From Azolla caroliniana (Eukaryota; Plantae; Polypodiophyta): a DNA stretch of 64,000 nucleotides. The stretch's first letter is position 1, and each line of letters begins with the position of its first letter. The notes beneath the pieces were generated by a model. That model saw only the letters and a program-made list of their open reading frames with translations. It searched no databases and was not told where the DNA came from. The DNA lies in the NCBI GenBank assembly GCA_043228905.1, contig JBHGNT010000009.1, positions 3,472,001-3,536,000 on the forward strand. Reading direction: 5' to 3'. The translations under genes were made by a program, and so were the position numbers. Shown piece by piece: positions 32,919 through 44,606 of the stretch.

Positions 32919-35899
32919 TGTTGAGAAACAAGCTCAACAAAGGTATGTGATGCTTATTGAGAAATAAGCTATAATAGCTATTAGCTAATTAGCTACTACT
33001 GGACATAAAGGTGAAACAATTATTTAGCTACTGACAACTAATTAGCTACTGACAGCTAATTAGCTACTGGCACCTAATTAGCTGCATAAATAAGTCACTT
33101 ATGTACTTAGGTAAAAAGTTGTAGTAAGTAGTAAGTAAGAGAAGAGTGAGAGTAGTGCAAAGAGTAAGCACAGAAAAACAGAAAACAGAAAACAGACGAG
33201 AGCAAGTTGAGCTCTGCGTGTAATGAAGTAGAAGCTTTTGGATTGTGTAAAAGGTAAGCCTCCTTCCCATTCCCCCTTTCTGTCTTGAGCACCGAACAAT
33301 CCACACATCACGATCCGCTGTGCACACAGAAGAGTCGTAACGACTTTGTAACATGGTATCAGAGCATAGTTGCTCATAAAGAAGAGTATAGCAGTGCACA
33401 GATCTGAGAAGGTTATTTCTCTGTTTGTTGATCTGAATCAGAGAGTTACTTGTTGAAGTAATCGTAGCAAAAGCCCTAATAGAAAGAGAAGATGGCTGCT
33501 GAGAATGCAAGCCAAATCATTACAGAGAAATTAGAAAAAAACAATTTCCTGGCGTGGAAATTTAGAATGACAAATTTCCTGATGGGGAAAGGATATTCGG
33601 ATTACATTGAAGGAGACCTAGAAGAGGCTCTAAAGATCCTTGAAGAAAATGCATCTGCTGCACAAATAAAAGCATTTAAGGAATTGAACCAAGGGGCAAG
33701 AAAGGTATTGCATTGGCTCTCACTTAGCATATCAGATTTGATGCTTGGACACATACAGAATGCTATGCTTCCAAAAGAAGCTTGGGACAGTTTAGTAAAA
33801 CTGTTTGCAGTGACTACAAAGGCAAGAAAGCTTCTGTTGAAGAGTGAGCTAAATACCTTGGAAAAAGGTAAGATGTCAGTAAATGAGTATGCTCTGAAAA
33901 TAAAGAGCATATGTGAATCACTTGCTTCTATCAATGTGAAGGTAGAAGATGATGATAAGGTGGAAATATGCTTAAGAGGTTTAGGACCTCAATATAAAAG
34001 CTTCAAAACATCTATTCTCACGAGGGATAGCATCCCAAGTTTTCCAGATCTGGTTTCAATGCTTGTAGTGGAAGAAAGAAATCAGATGGATGATGTAAAC
34101 AAAGGAAACTCAGAGAATGAGGGGCAAGCCCTCTACAATAGTGCTGGAAGAGGCCGAGGAAGAGGCCATGGAAGATTTGGTTAAGCTAGAACCAACAATA
34201 ATTATCAAGGAGGAGGACAAGAAGCCATTAGTGGAAGAAACAACATCAGAGGCAGGGGGAGCAATCGAGGTAGAGGTAAGCAAACCTATTTGAATGATGA
34301 TGGCTGCTGGTATTGTGGAGAACCAGGCCACACACAGGCTGAATGCTATAAAAAGCAAAATGATGAGAAAAGAGGGAAGAGACAACAAAATAATTATGCC
34401 TCAACTAGTGAAGACTGTGATAAAGATGGTGCATTTGTGATGCAACATGAAACAACAACAGTGGCTGAATGTTCACAAAGATGTAATGAAGAGTTTATGT
34501 GGTATGTAGATTCTGGGGCATCTAATCATATGACAGGACATAAAAACTCACCAATAGAGCATGTTGGAGATATCCCATTGTGGGAAGAAAAAGGAAAATC
34601 AAAGTATATGCTAAATGTGATGCATGTTCCAAACCTTGCAAAAAATCTGATTTCTATTGCACAGATAGTGGAGCAAGGAATGCAAGTGAAGTTTAAGCAA
34701 AGTGGATGCTTCATAGAGAAAAATGGAAAGCTCATTGCAAAAGGAAAACGAGACGGAAGGATGTTTGTGTTAGATGTGGATATGCCTAGGAAGATTACAA
34801 CCATGTTTACAGAAGGTATGAGTGTAACCTCAGAAGTGGAAATGTGGCATAAAAGAATCGGTCACATAAGTATGCAAACATTGAAAAATATGTTGAGGAA
34901 AGATGTAGTGGTTGGACTACCTAAGTTCAAAGACTGTGAGATGGGAAAAGTATGTGAAGCATGTCAATATGGAAAGCAAAACAGGTTGCCTTTCCCTCAT
35001 GAAAGACACGTAAGCCAAAATTGGGAAGTGCAACTATTTCATAGAGTAGCAAGAAACAAGCTACTGTTGCATTGTCAAGTACTGAAGTTGAGTATAGAGG
35101 AGCTACAATAGCTACTTGTGAAGAGGTATGGATCAGAAGATTGCTTTCTAATTTGGGAGAATATATAGATGGTGCTATCACAATTTGGTGTGACAATATG
35201 AGCAACATTCAGCTGGCAAAAAACCCAATGTTCCATGCAAGAACAAAGCACATCGAAGTGCATTATCACTTTGTTAGAGAAAAAGTGATTGATGGAGAAG
35301 TGGATCTGTTGTATGTAAGTACAAATCAGCAAGTGGCTGATATTCTTACGAAGGGATTGAGCATGGAAAAACATACATAGTTTAGAGACATGATGGGAGT
35401 TATAACCATCGGCATGGTAGCTGAAAAGCATGAAGAAAAGAAGATTGAAGATGACCTCAAGAAAGGATAATTTGAGCTTGAGGGGGAGTGTTGAGAAACA
35501 AGCTCAACAAAGGTATGTGATGCTTATTGAGAAATAAGCTATAGTAGCTATTAGCTAATTAGCTACTTGTGGACATAAAGGTGAAACAACTATTTAGCTA
35601 CAGACAACTAATTAGCTATTGGCACCTAATTAGCTGCATATATAAGTCACTTATGTACTTAGGTAAAAAGTTGTAGTAAGTAGTAAGTAAGAGAAGAGTG
35701 AGAGTAGTGCAGAGAGTAAGAACAGAAAAACAGAAAACAGACGAGAGCAAGTTGAGCTCTGCGTGTAATGAAGTAGAAGCTTTTGGATTGTGCAAAAGGT
35801 AAGCCTCCTTCTCCTTCCCCCTTTCTGTCTTGAGCACTGAACGATCTAGCACATCACGATCCGATGTGCACACACAAGAGCTGTAGCACCTTCGTAACA
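32919..35899 (+). mobile_element. Copia deletion derivative lacking the integrase core and RT
   Basis: LTRs 32919-33353 and 35489-35899; PBS TGGTATCAGAGC at 33354-33365; PPT before 35489; TSD CAGGC/CATGC. Confidence 0.92.
33492..35380 (+). pseudogene. Copia gag, protease and pre-integrase joined to RNase H
   Basis: CWYCGEPGHTQAEC, WYVDSGAS, WHKRIGH/CEAC; junction at about 35020, then STEVEY and HARTKHIEVHYHF. Confidence 0.88.
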
Positions 35900-37750
35900 C
35901 ATGCCCCGTGCAGCTCCTCCGTGGCGTGTGTTGCCACGCGTGTCTTCCACCCGTCCTTGGTGTTGATCAGCCACTTCCCTTTCTTATAGAAGTCCATAGA
36001 CATCAGGTTGATCTCTGACCCGTGGTCGATCATTGCCACTACCGGCTCTTGGACATCCCTGACCCGAACAGGGATCTCCATAGTAGCCCTTGCCCAGTGC
36101 AACTTCAAATAGTGGCTCTCCACCAACTCATCTTCTAGGGCCATGTCGTCTAGGTGCGTCGTTCGCACCTCCACCGGCTTCTCCGGCTTCAGCTCTGTTG
36201 AGAGCCGTTTACGCTTCACCAAGTCCACGATGGAATAGTGGAACACTTTCTTGGCGATTCCAAACACCTCCCTCAGCAACAGCTCCACCTTGCTGTCGAG
36301 AATCCGCTCCTCGAGGACCTTCCGCAGGTCCGTCGTCCTTTCGATTTCGGTGCCCAGCCAGTAACCGGTCGACCTTGCTTTGTCTTCCATGCCGGGATTG
36401 CCAGCTTCATTCCTCTTCGGCCCGAACCGGGTCTCGTACCAATTCGGGGACGTGGTCGCACCGACCTTCCCTACTCTCTTATCATCCACCAGAACTTCGC
36501 AGTTCTGGCATGCGGCTTCCACGAGGCCGGTCTTCTCCTATACCAACTCGTCCCACCCGGTGACTTCCCAGACCCGCTGCTCTGTGTGGTCCGCTTCTTC
36601 CCTCTAGCACCAAGGGCCAGAACCCAGAGTTTTTCATTTTCCGGTCTTTGTTATCTCCTACCCGGATTCCGGCCGATGCCGAATAATGGATGGCCTTTGC
36701 ATGGCACGCCACTGCTTCTTCCATTAACCGCTTCATCCCGTAGCGCCCGAAATTTGTCTCCATGGCTCTCTGGGTATAACTAACATGCACCCGCCCATTC
36801 GACAGGTACACCACGTTACCCCTGAGTGCCTCAGCAAACTCCACGTAGTCTCGTTGGCTGTGCCCGACCGCGTCGCACCACATACACCGTTGTCCAACTG
36901 GTGGCCTCCGATCGCGTGGCTGCCCTCCACTGTCTCTCCGAGCTTGCGCGATCTGCAGGTCGCACACCATTTGTGTCAGCTCCTCCGGATGGGCCCTTGA
37001 CCGCACCAGTCAATGCTAAGCCTATCTCAAGCCAATCTTGGGTTTCCTCTTTTCGTGCTGACGAAGGCTCATCGAACTTCCTTGCCAGGACGGGTCTCGC
37101 CGCCGACGATTCCTCATTGCCCCACTCACGCCGCTTGTCGAAATAGCTGCAGACTCTTTTGACCGTGGCCTAGTCGATTGTCAGCCCATCTTCTATCTCT
37201 AGCAGGAGACCCACTTGATCCCGATCCCGCACGTCCACCGCTTTGACGAACAACAGGACATGGCTCGTGTCTAGCACGGTCCTGTCCAATGCCGAGAGCC
37301 ATGCGAAGCGTTCTTCGAACTCCAGGAGGAGCGTCGGCGCATTCCTCCCCTTTCCGGGGGTCTCCACCCACTCCATGAAGTCCCGCTTTGATAACCAAAG
37401 TGCGTCATCAAGACCGTACCTTTCGAGGATCCGTGCTTTGAAGTCTCCCCAAGTCCGGCATCCAGCATGTACCTCAAGCACCTCTACGTGGATGCCCGGT
37501 GTCGCCACCCGAGGGAACCCGGCCAGACGCCTATCCTCCGGAATGTCCCTCATCACCATCTCGGAATGGTAGGTCTCGAAATAGCTCATGGCGTCCTTCC
37601 CACCGAACCAGCCTATTGTGCCAACAATTGCTTCAATAGCCTTGTCGAGGGCGCTCGTGCCCTCACGAGCACTTTCTATCCGATCGATTTTTGCCGCCAT
37701 GGCTTCGGTGAGCTCTGATCCCCTCATCTTCGACTCCTCTGTGACCTTGT

Positions 37751-37768
37751 TTCACGTCGGGTTCACCA
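37751..37768 (-). promoter_or_regulatory. PBS complementary to tRNA-Trp
   Basis: The + strand reads TTCACGTCGGGTTCACCA, matching the 3' end of plant cytosolic tRNA-Trp as I recall it; identical at 53124-53141. Confidence 0.8.
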
Positions 37769-38219
37769 AATGATGTTGTGTTGTTTCTCTTTCGGGTAGG
37801 GAATAAGGTGGGACCGCGGGGGACCTGAACCGAGGAGCAAGAGAGAGAAGTGCACAAGCGTAGGGCCGGTTAGGCCCGTTTCCAACTGACAAACGATAGA
37901 GGAGGAGAGAGCTCGGTTCCCAGTCCGACAGCACCTCGTCCTCGCCAAATACGCCCCCTTTTTAGTCTTCTCCCCTTCCCTTTTATAGGCCGCCAGGGGG
38001 GGACCGTTACATCCTGGTCACATCACCTTTATTCTCTGTCCCTTCGGATAGAGATCCGCTTCGATTTACTAGCCTATTAATATATTCTCCCTAGGATATA
38101 CACATCACGCCGGCCTATTCCTAGTTATGTACAATGTGTTGGGTTGAGTGCACACGCGTAAGTGACGTTTCACGCGCCGAATTCCCTGATTCCACCTAAG
38201 GCCGATTTTCTCCACGATA

Positions 38220-38471
38220 GCGTGATTGGGGTGGTTTTGAGGTTCTTTCCAATATTGATTCTCCCGATTGTAGCATGCCGTGTCCGGAGTGTTCGTCGTG
38301 TGGTAGTGTGGCGCATTGTCTTCCCATGGCTGTGCTGCTTCTCTGGGCGGTGGGGGTGGTTGGCCAGGATTGGGTCGAGGCTCGATTTGGTGGACTGTAG
38401 TTGTGGCTGGTCGGTTCAACATGTTGTACTCACATTGCTCGACCGTATGTGTCCGTGAATGGCAGATGGGG
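38220..38471 (-). pseudogene. gag: F1 gag fragment with zinc knuckles; continues at 44017 to about 44082
   Basis: CTSASHLALDCPSRPHCP|ICHSRTHTVEQCEYNMLN is homologous to F2 gag at 46169-46792. Confidence 0.82.
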
Positions 38472-38884
38472 TGTTGGGATTTACGGTCCCTCCGGATGGG
38501 ATGTCCGGAGATGAATGACGGCAAGCCCGGTTGCGGTTACGGAACCGGAGGATGAAGAGTACCCGGCATGAAGCCGGATGAAGAGTACCCGGCTACGGAG
38601 CCGGATGATGTAGACCCCGGGTACGGAGCCGGATGATGAAGACCCGGCTACGGAGCCGGATGATGAAGACCCGGCTACGGAGCCGGATGATGTATGTACC
38701 CGGAGAGAGATCCGGATGCGGGGACATATTTGTGAATATGTTTGCCAAGGGCCCTTGTGGCTATATTTGTAAATAGCCTGAAAGTCATATGTGTATAAAT
38801 ATGACTTAGGGCAAACTGTTTATTGCTGCTGTAAGTTGCTACTCATTTTTCTGTTTTTCCACTTAGAGAGAGTGAAGAGAGCAG

Positions 38885-38915
<31 letters not shown>

Positions 38916-41900
38916 GAAGAGGTCGTTGCCTCTGTGTATTACCGCCGCCTGTGGCGAAGACAGTGAGCTCAAGGTTGTTGCCTTGAAGCTTCACCATTGT
39001 ACATCTCTGTTCATAGTGATAGTTGGAGTTTGAGGACTCCCGTGGTTTTTCCCGTATAGGGTTTTCCACGTTAATCCCTGTGTTATCGTGTCTTTCTCTG
39101 TGTGTCCTATTTTCTGCTGCATTGATTCGCGATTTGTCGGTTGTGGCCGAGCGGTGAAGGCGAATCGGAGCGTTGATTCGCAACAAAGTGGTATCAGAGC
39201 GACGGCAGTGCAGAAAATGGAAGGCGGCAGCAGCGGGCAGCCGGGGATGATGGTGCTGAATGCGCAGAACTACGCCGACTGGAAGATCAAGATGGAGGAT
39301 CTTCTGATTGTTCGGGACCTGTACGAACCGATTGACAGGTCGGAAATACCGAAGGGGGTACTTGAGACGGAATGGAGGCTTCTGAACCGGAAAGCCGTTG
39401 CAACCATTCGGCAATACGTCGACGTGAGCGTTCTACAACATGTGGCGAACGACACCAACGCATACGAGATGTGGCGGAAGCTGTCGGGCCTCTACGAGAG
39501 GAAGAATGCGTTGAACCGGACCTCCCTGATGAGGAAGATAGTGAACCTCAAGTACCGGGACGGTGAAAATATGGTGGAACACGTGAGCACGTTCATGGGA
39601 TTCGTGAACCAGCTTGCGGCGATCAAGTTCCCGTTGGAGGATGCAATGCAAGCCATCATTCTGATGTGTACATTGCCGGAAAGCTGGGAGAACTTGGTGG
39701 TGACTCTCAGCACCTCCTGCACCGAAGATAACTTGTCTCTACAAACGGTAAAGACAAGTATTCTAAATGAAGAAGCGCGTCGGAGAGATAAAGAACCGGC
39801 CACCGACTCGAAGGCGCTGCTTACCGAATCGGAACGGGGAAGACAATGGAACCGGAGTCCGCAAAGACGGGAGAAGTCGGGGACCCGGTCGCAGTCAAGA
39901 GGAAGACCCACATGCTTCCACTGTGGGAAGCCGGGGCACTTCCGGAAGAATTGTCGGCATTACCGAAAGGACAACGGAGCCGACGACACCGATTCGAAGA
40001 AGTCATCGGAGAGAAACGGTGCATACCGGGGAGCCACGGGCCGGAGAGGTCCGGATCGGCGAGGGCAGGACCGGAAAGGAACGACGGCACTCGCGGCAAG
40101 TGAAGAAGAAATAATACTCATTACCGAAGAGAGGGAGCTGAACCTTGCCGGTGAAGAGATGACCTGGGTGGTCTATTCCGGAGCGTCGTTCCACCTGACC
40201 CCGGAGAAGAAATACTTCTCATCCTACATAGCCGGTGAGCACGGCTGTGTCCGGATGGGAAACGAAGGTACGTGCCGGATTGCCGGCATAGGAGACGTGT
40301 GGTTGACAACCTCGACCGGATGCAAGATGCTGCTGAAGGATGTTCGACACGTTCCGGAGGTTCGATTGAACCTGATTTCGGCCGGGAGGCTAGATGATGA
40401 AGGCTACACAGGTAGCATCCGGAACGGTGTAATGAAGTTCAGCAAGGGGAGCCTGATAGTGGCTCGGGCCCGGAAGATCAACACACTGTACCTGATGAAT
40501 TCCCGGCTATGTCCGGAGGAGCTGAACGTGGCAGCCGATACTGCCGGTGAGTTGTGGCACAAGAGACTGTGTCACATGAGTGAGAAGGGGATGAAGAGGC
40601 TTGCAGACGACAACCTCATTCCAGTGAAGCATGTGCACCTGGAGAAGTGCGCCGATTGCCTGGCCGGTAAGCAGAACCGAGCCTCCTTCCACTCAAGGCC
40701 ACCGACGAGACGTAGCGCACCATTGGAGTTGGTGCACACTGATGTGTGTCAGGTAGAAACGAAGTCACATGGCGGAGCCCAGTACTTCGTAACATTCATA
40801 GATGATCACAGCCGGAAGCTGTGGACGGCACCGTTGAAGACAAAGGACCAAGTATTGTCCGTCTTCAAAGAACTCCACGCGAGAGTGGAAAGGGAATCCG
40901 GCAAGGAGCTGAAAGCGATACGAGCGGATAACGGAGGAGAATACCGGGGGCAGTTCGCGGAGTACTGTCGCTCGAAGGGAATCCGGCTCGAGTTTACTGT
41001 GCCGAAGACGCCGGAACTGAACGGGCTGGCCGAGAGGATGAACCGGACCATAATGGAGAGGGTCCGGAGTATGCTGGCGCATGCGAAATTACCCAAGGGG
41101 TTTTGGGCTGAGGCAATGTCGACGGCGACATACGTGATAAACAGATCACCCTCAGTACCTTTGGATGGAGACACGCCGCAAAGAGTGTGGACCGGTAGGG
41201 AAGTATCCTACCGGCATCTGAAGGTGTTCGGGTGTCTCGCATATGTGCATGTGGCAAAGGACCGGAGAGGAAAGCTAGATCCAAAGACCCGGCCATGCAT
41301 ATTCCTCGGTTACGGCAACGACGAGTTCGGCTACCGAGTATGGGACCCGGTCGACAAGAAGATATTCAGGAGTCGAGATATCATCTTCATGGAGGACAAG
41401 ACACTCGCCGACTGGGAGTCGGAGAAGAAGATGAAGAGCTCCAAGTCGACTGGTGAGGATCAACTCTACAAGGAGCAGTCCCGACCGGCAAGAGACCGGT
41501 TAGCACTCGAGGATCCGGCCGAAGACGGTGAAGAAACAGAACCGGCCGAAGAAGATGAAAATGATACCGGAACCGGCCCCGATCCCGAAATGGATTCGGA
41601 TGAAGAAGAATCGGAAGAACCGGTTACCGAAGCTCCGGAACGGAGATATCCTCTAAGAGAGAGAAGGGTCCCCCGGAGATTTCCGGAACCAGAGCACGTG
41701 CTGCTAACCGACGAGGGGGAGCCGGAGAATTTTGAAGAAGCAGAGCTTGACACACATAGCCGCAGGTGGTTAAGTGCCATGCAGGAGGAGATGGATTCCC
41801 TGCATGAGAACCACACATATGAACTTGTGGAGTTGCCGAAAGGAAAGCGGGCACTTCGAAACAAGTGGGTGTTCAAGCTGAAACCGGGAGATGCCGGAAA

Positions 41901-43713
41901 CCCCCCGAGATACAAAGCCAGGATCGTGGTGAAGGGGTTCCAGCAGAAGAAGGGCGTCGACTTCGACGAGATATTTGCCCCGGTAGTGAAGATGACCTCC
42001 ATCCGGACGGTGCTGAGCATAGCGGCAAGCATGGACCTCGAGGTAGAACAGATGGACGTGAAGACGGCATTCCTTCACGGTGACCTCGAAGAAGAGATCT
42101 ACATGCAGCAACCGGAAGGATTCGAGAAGAAAGGAAAGGAGCACCTGGTATGCCGGTTGAAGAAGAGCCTCTACGGTCTGAAGCAGGCTCCCCGGCAATG
42201 GTACCGGAAGTTCGACTCCTTCATGACAGACGAAGGGTACCACAAAACGCAGTCCGATCACTGCGTGTTTGTGAAGAAGTTCGAAGGAGGAAACTTTCTA
42301 ATACTCCTCCTGTACGTGGACGACATGTTGATCGTCGGACGGGACCAGGTCAAGATACGGATGCTGAAGAAGGCTCTTCACCGAACCTTCTCAATGAAGG
42401 ACTTGGGTCCGGCGAGGCAAATACTAGGGATGCACATCATCCGGGACCGGAAGAAGAAGCAGTTGTGGCTGTCACAGGAGAAGTACGTGACAAAGGTGCT
42501 TCAACGGTTCCACATGTCGGAAGCAAGGCCGGTCGGATCGACCCTCCCGGCAAACTGCAAGCTGTCCAGGAAGCAAAGCCCCAAGACAAAGGCTGAGAAG
42601 GAGGACATGATGAAAGTACCATATGCCTCTGCCGTCGGGAGCTTGATGTACGCGATGGTGTGTACCCGACCGGACATAGGATATGCAGTCGGAGTGGTGA
42701 GCCGTTACATGAGCAATCCCGGCAAAGAGCATTGGAACGCGGTCAAATGGATACTCCGATACCTGAAGGGCACGGCAAACATGTGCCTCCGATTCGGCTC
42801 CGGTAAGCCCGAACTCGATGGATTTACCGATTCGGATATGTCGGCTGATGCAGATACCAGCCGGTCCACATCAGGGTATGTGATGACGTATGCAGGGGGA
42901 GCTGTTTCATGGCAGTCGAGGCTGCAGAAGACGGTTGCACTGTCAACCACGGAGGCAAAGTACATGGCGGCTGTTGAAGCCGGCAAGGAAATAATATGGA
43001 TGAAGGACTTCATTAGAGAGCTCGGTATCCGGCAGGAGGAGTACCGACTCCACTGCGACAGTCAGAGTGCCATCCACCTTGCGAAGAACGCGGCCTATCA
43101 CTCCCGGACGAAGCACATCCAGCGAAGATATCACTGGATCCGGGAAAGGATAGAAGACAAGGAGTTCGTGCTGACGAAGATCCACACGGACGAGAACGGG
43201 TCGGATATGCTGACTAAGGTACTTACACCCGACAAGCTGGAAGCATGCCGGAAGAGGATCGGATTGGAGAGACATCCCATGCCGAAGTGAAGGGGGAGTT
43301 TGTTGGGATTTACGGTCCCTCCGGATGGGATGTCCGGAGATGAATGACGGCAAGCCCGGTTGCGGTTACGGAACCGGAGGATGAAGAGTACCCGGCATGA
43401 AGCCGGATGAAGAGTACCCGGCTACGGAGCCGGATGATGTAGACCCCGGGTACGGAGCCGGATGATGAAGACCCGGCTACGGAGCCGGATGATGAAGACC
43501 CGGCTACGGAGCCGGATGATGTATGTACCCGGAGAGAGATCCGGATGCGGGGACATATTTGTGAATATGTTTGCCAAGGGCCCTTGTGGCTATATTTGTA
43601 AATAGCCTGAAAGTCATATGTGTATAAATATGACTTAGGGCAAACTGTTTATTGCTGCTGTAAGTTGCTACTCATTTTTCTGTTTTTCCACTTAGAGAGA
43701 GTGAAGAGAGCAG

Positions 43714-43746
<33 letters not shown>

Positions 43747-44016
43747 GAAGAGGTCGTTGCCTCTGTGTATTACCGCCGCCTGTGGCGAAGACAGTGAGCT
43801 CAAGGTTGTTGCCTTGAAGCTTCACCATTGTACATCTCTGTTCATAGTGATAGTTGGAGTTTGAGGACTCCCGTGGTTTTTCCCGTATAGGGTTTTCCAC
43901 GTTAATCCCTGTGTTATCGTGTCTTTCTCTGTGTGTCCTATTTTCTGCTGCATTGATTCGCGATTTGTCGGTTGTGGCCGAGCGGTGAAGGCGAATCGGA
44001 GCGTTGATTCGCAACA
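38472..44016 (+). mobile_element. Full-length young Ty1/Copia element, family A (Tnt1/Tork-like)
   Basis: LTRs 38472-39185 and 43301-44016, apparently identical except one GA unit; TSD TGGGG; PBS-Met 39189-39200; PPT 43289-43300. Confidence 0.97.
39217..43290 (+). CDS. gag-pol: Copia Gag-Pol polyprotein (Gag, PR, integrase, RT, RNase H)
   Basis: Single ORF from the first ATG after the PBS; CFHCGKPGHFRKNC, WHKRLCH, HTDV, ADNGGEY, LYVDDML, FTDSD; PR site reads YSG and RNase H reads TEAKY. Confidence 0.95.
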   Translation: MEGGSSGQPGMMVLNAQNYADWKIKMEDLLIVRDLYEPIDRSEIPKGVLETEWRLLNRKAVATIRQYVDVSVLQHVANDTNAYEMWRKLSGLYERKNALNRTSLMRKIVNLKYRDGENMVEHVSTFMGFVNQLAAIKFPLEDAMQAIILMCTLPESWENLVVTLSTSCTEDNLSLQTVKTSILNEEARRRDKEPATDSKALLTESERGRQWNRSPQRREKSGTRSQSRGRPTCFHCGKPGHFRKNCRHYRKDNGADDTDSKKSSERNGAYRGATGRRGPDRRGQDRKGTTALAASEEEIILITEERELNLAGEEMTWVVYSGASFHLTPEKKYFSSYIAGEHGCVRMGNEGTCRIAGIGDVWLTTSTGCKMLLKDVRHVPEVRLNLISAGRLDDEGYTGSIRNGVMKFSKGSLIVARARKINTLYLMNSRLCPEELNVAADTAGELWHKRLCHMSEKGMKRLADDNLIPVKHVHLEKCADCLAGKQNRASFHSRPPTRRSAPLELVHTDVCQVETKSHGGAQYFVTFIDDHSRKLWTAPLKTKDQVLSVFKELHARVERESGKELKAIRADNGGEYRGQFAEYCRSKGIRLEFTVPKTPELNGLAERMNRTIMERVRSMLAHAKLPKGFWAEAMSTATYVINRSPSVPLDGDTPQRVWTGREVSYRHLKVFGCLAYVHVAKDRRGKLDPKTRPCIFLGYGNDEFGYRVWDPVDKKIFRSRDIIFMEDKTLADWESEKKMKSSKSTGEDQLYKEQSRPARDRLALEDPAEDGEETEPAEEDENDTGTGPDPEMDSDEEESEEPVTEAPERRYPLRERRVPRRFPEPEHVLLTDEGEPENFEEAELDTHSRRWLSAMQEEMDSLHENHTYELVELPKGKRALRNKWVFKLKPGDAGNPPRYKARIVVKGFQQKKGVDFDEIFAPVVKMTSIRTVLSIAASMDLEVEQMDVKTAFLHGDLEEEIYMQQPEGFEKKGKEHLVCRLKKSLYGLKQAPRQWYRKFDSFMTDEGYHKTQSDHCVFVKKFEGGNFLILLLYVDDMLIVGRDQVKIRMLKKALHRTFSMKDLGPARQILGMHIIRDRKKKQLWLSQEKYVTKVLQRFHMSEARPVGSTLPANCKLSRKQSPKTKAEKEDMMKVPYASAVGSLMYAMVCTRPDIGYAVGVVSRYMSNPGKEHWNAVKWILRYLKGTANMCLRFGSGKPELDGFTDSDMSADADTSRSTSGYVMTYAGGAVSWQSRLQKTVALSTTEAKYMAAVEAGKEIIWMKDFIRELGIRQEEYRLHCDSQSAIHLAKNAAYHSRTKHIQRRYHWIRERIEDKEFVLTKIHTDENGSDMLTKVLTPDKLEACRKRIGLERHPMPK

Positions 44017-44082
44017 TGGGGCAGTGTGGTCGGGAAGGACAGTCAAGGGCTAAGTGACTGGCACTGGTGCATATCGTGTATT

Positions 44083-44606
44083 GGTGCATCTTGTATGACC
44101 AAGATGTGTATTTATTTCTGTTGAGCTTCTTTGTTGGTAACGAGCTAGCCATACCTCTTTCCATTCTTTCTTCGTCATGTTCTTTACCAAAAGTTAGGTT
44201 TTCTTTGTCTACTTAGCGATTTATGTCGGTAGTAGAGGATTTTCAACCCTCGCGCTCTGATACCACGTAAACAGTTATGTGCGAAAGCTCGTAGACACAA
44301 CCAGCTCCGCCGGATAGCAACAGAAAAAAAAACTAAGGTTTAATGGAAAGTTTGAATCACACAAACATTGAGAGTACACGGGAGAGACAGAGAGAGCAGA
44401 ACAATAAACTCAATTCAAAAACTCAATAAACACTCTGTACATACAACTATCCTAGAGAACATTTTTTATACAATTCCTTAGAGGACTAATAAAAGTATCG
44501 ACAAGTACTTCAATGCTCGTACTGAGAGACTGACACTGAATCCTACAAATTTGCCTCTAACGACCTACCTATTACACTCAGATCCAAACACCGATACAAC
44601 TCTTCA
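44083..44606 (-). mobile_element. 5' end of a Copia element (probably B1): LTR, PBS and start of gag
   Basis: LTR about 44266-44606; PBS TGGTATCAGAGC at 44254-44265; MASSLPTKKLNRNKYTSWSYKMHQY. Confidence 0.75.

Larger units (their letters stand above)
23365..38219 (-). mobile_element. Family C Gypsy element E3, degenerate, carrying three nested insertions
   Basis: 5' LTR 37774-38219; PBS 37751-37768; 3' LTR pieces 23365-23457 and 28842-28907; integrase/RNase H 28982-30756, RT 31385-32918, gag-PR 35900-37727. Confidence 0.88.

Noticed and set aside
37751-37768. tRNA gene
   Set aside because: Only the 3' 18 nt including CCA is present, adjacent to an LTR, so it is a PBS.
18373-38223. GCGC/GCGT flanks suggesting one 20-kb element
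   Set aside because: The ends are LTRs of opposite orientation and different subfamilies, and the flanks are non-adjacent parts of F1; the match reflects the shared NCGN preference.
39088-39216. N-terminal 43 aa of the 1400-aa ORF
   Set aside because: Starts at a GTG inside the LTR and crosses the PBS; the likely start is ATG 39217.
43649-44164. 171-aa ORF as a novel gene
   Set aside because: Chimera of the Copia gag start, an F1 zinc knuckle and antisense LTR, created by deletion and insertion.
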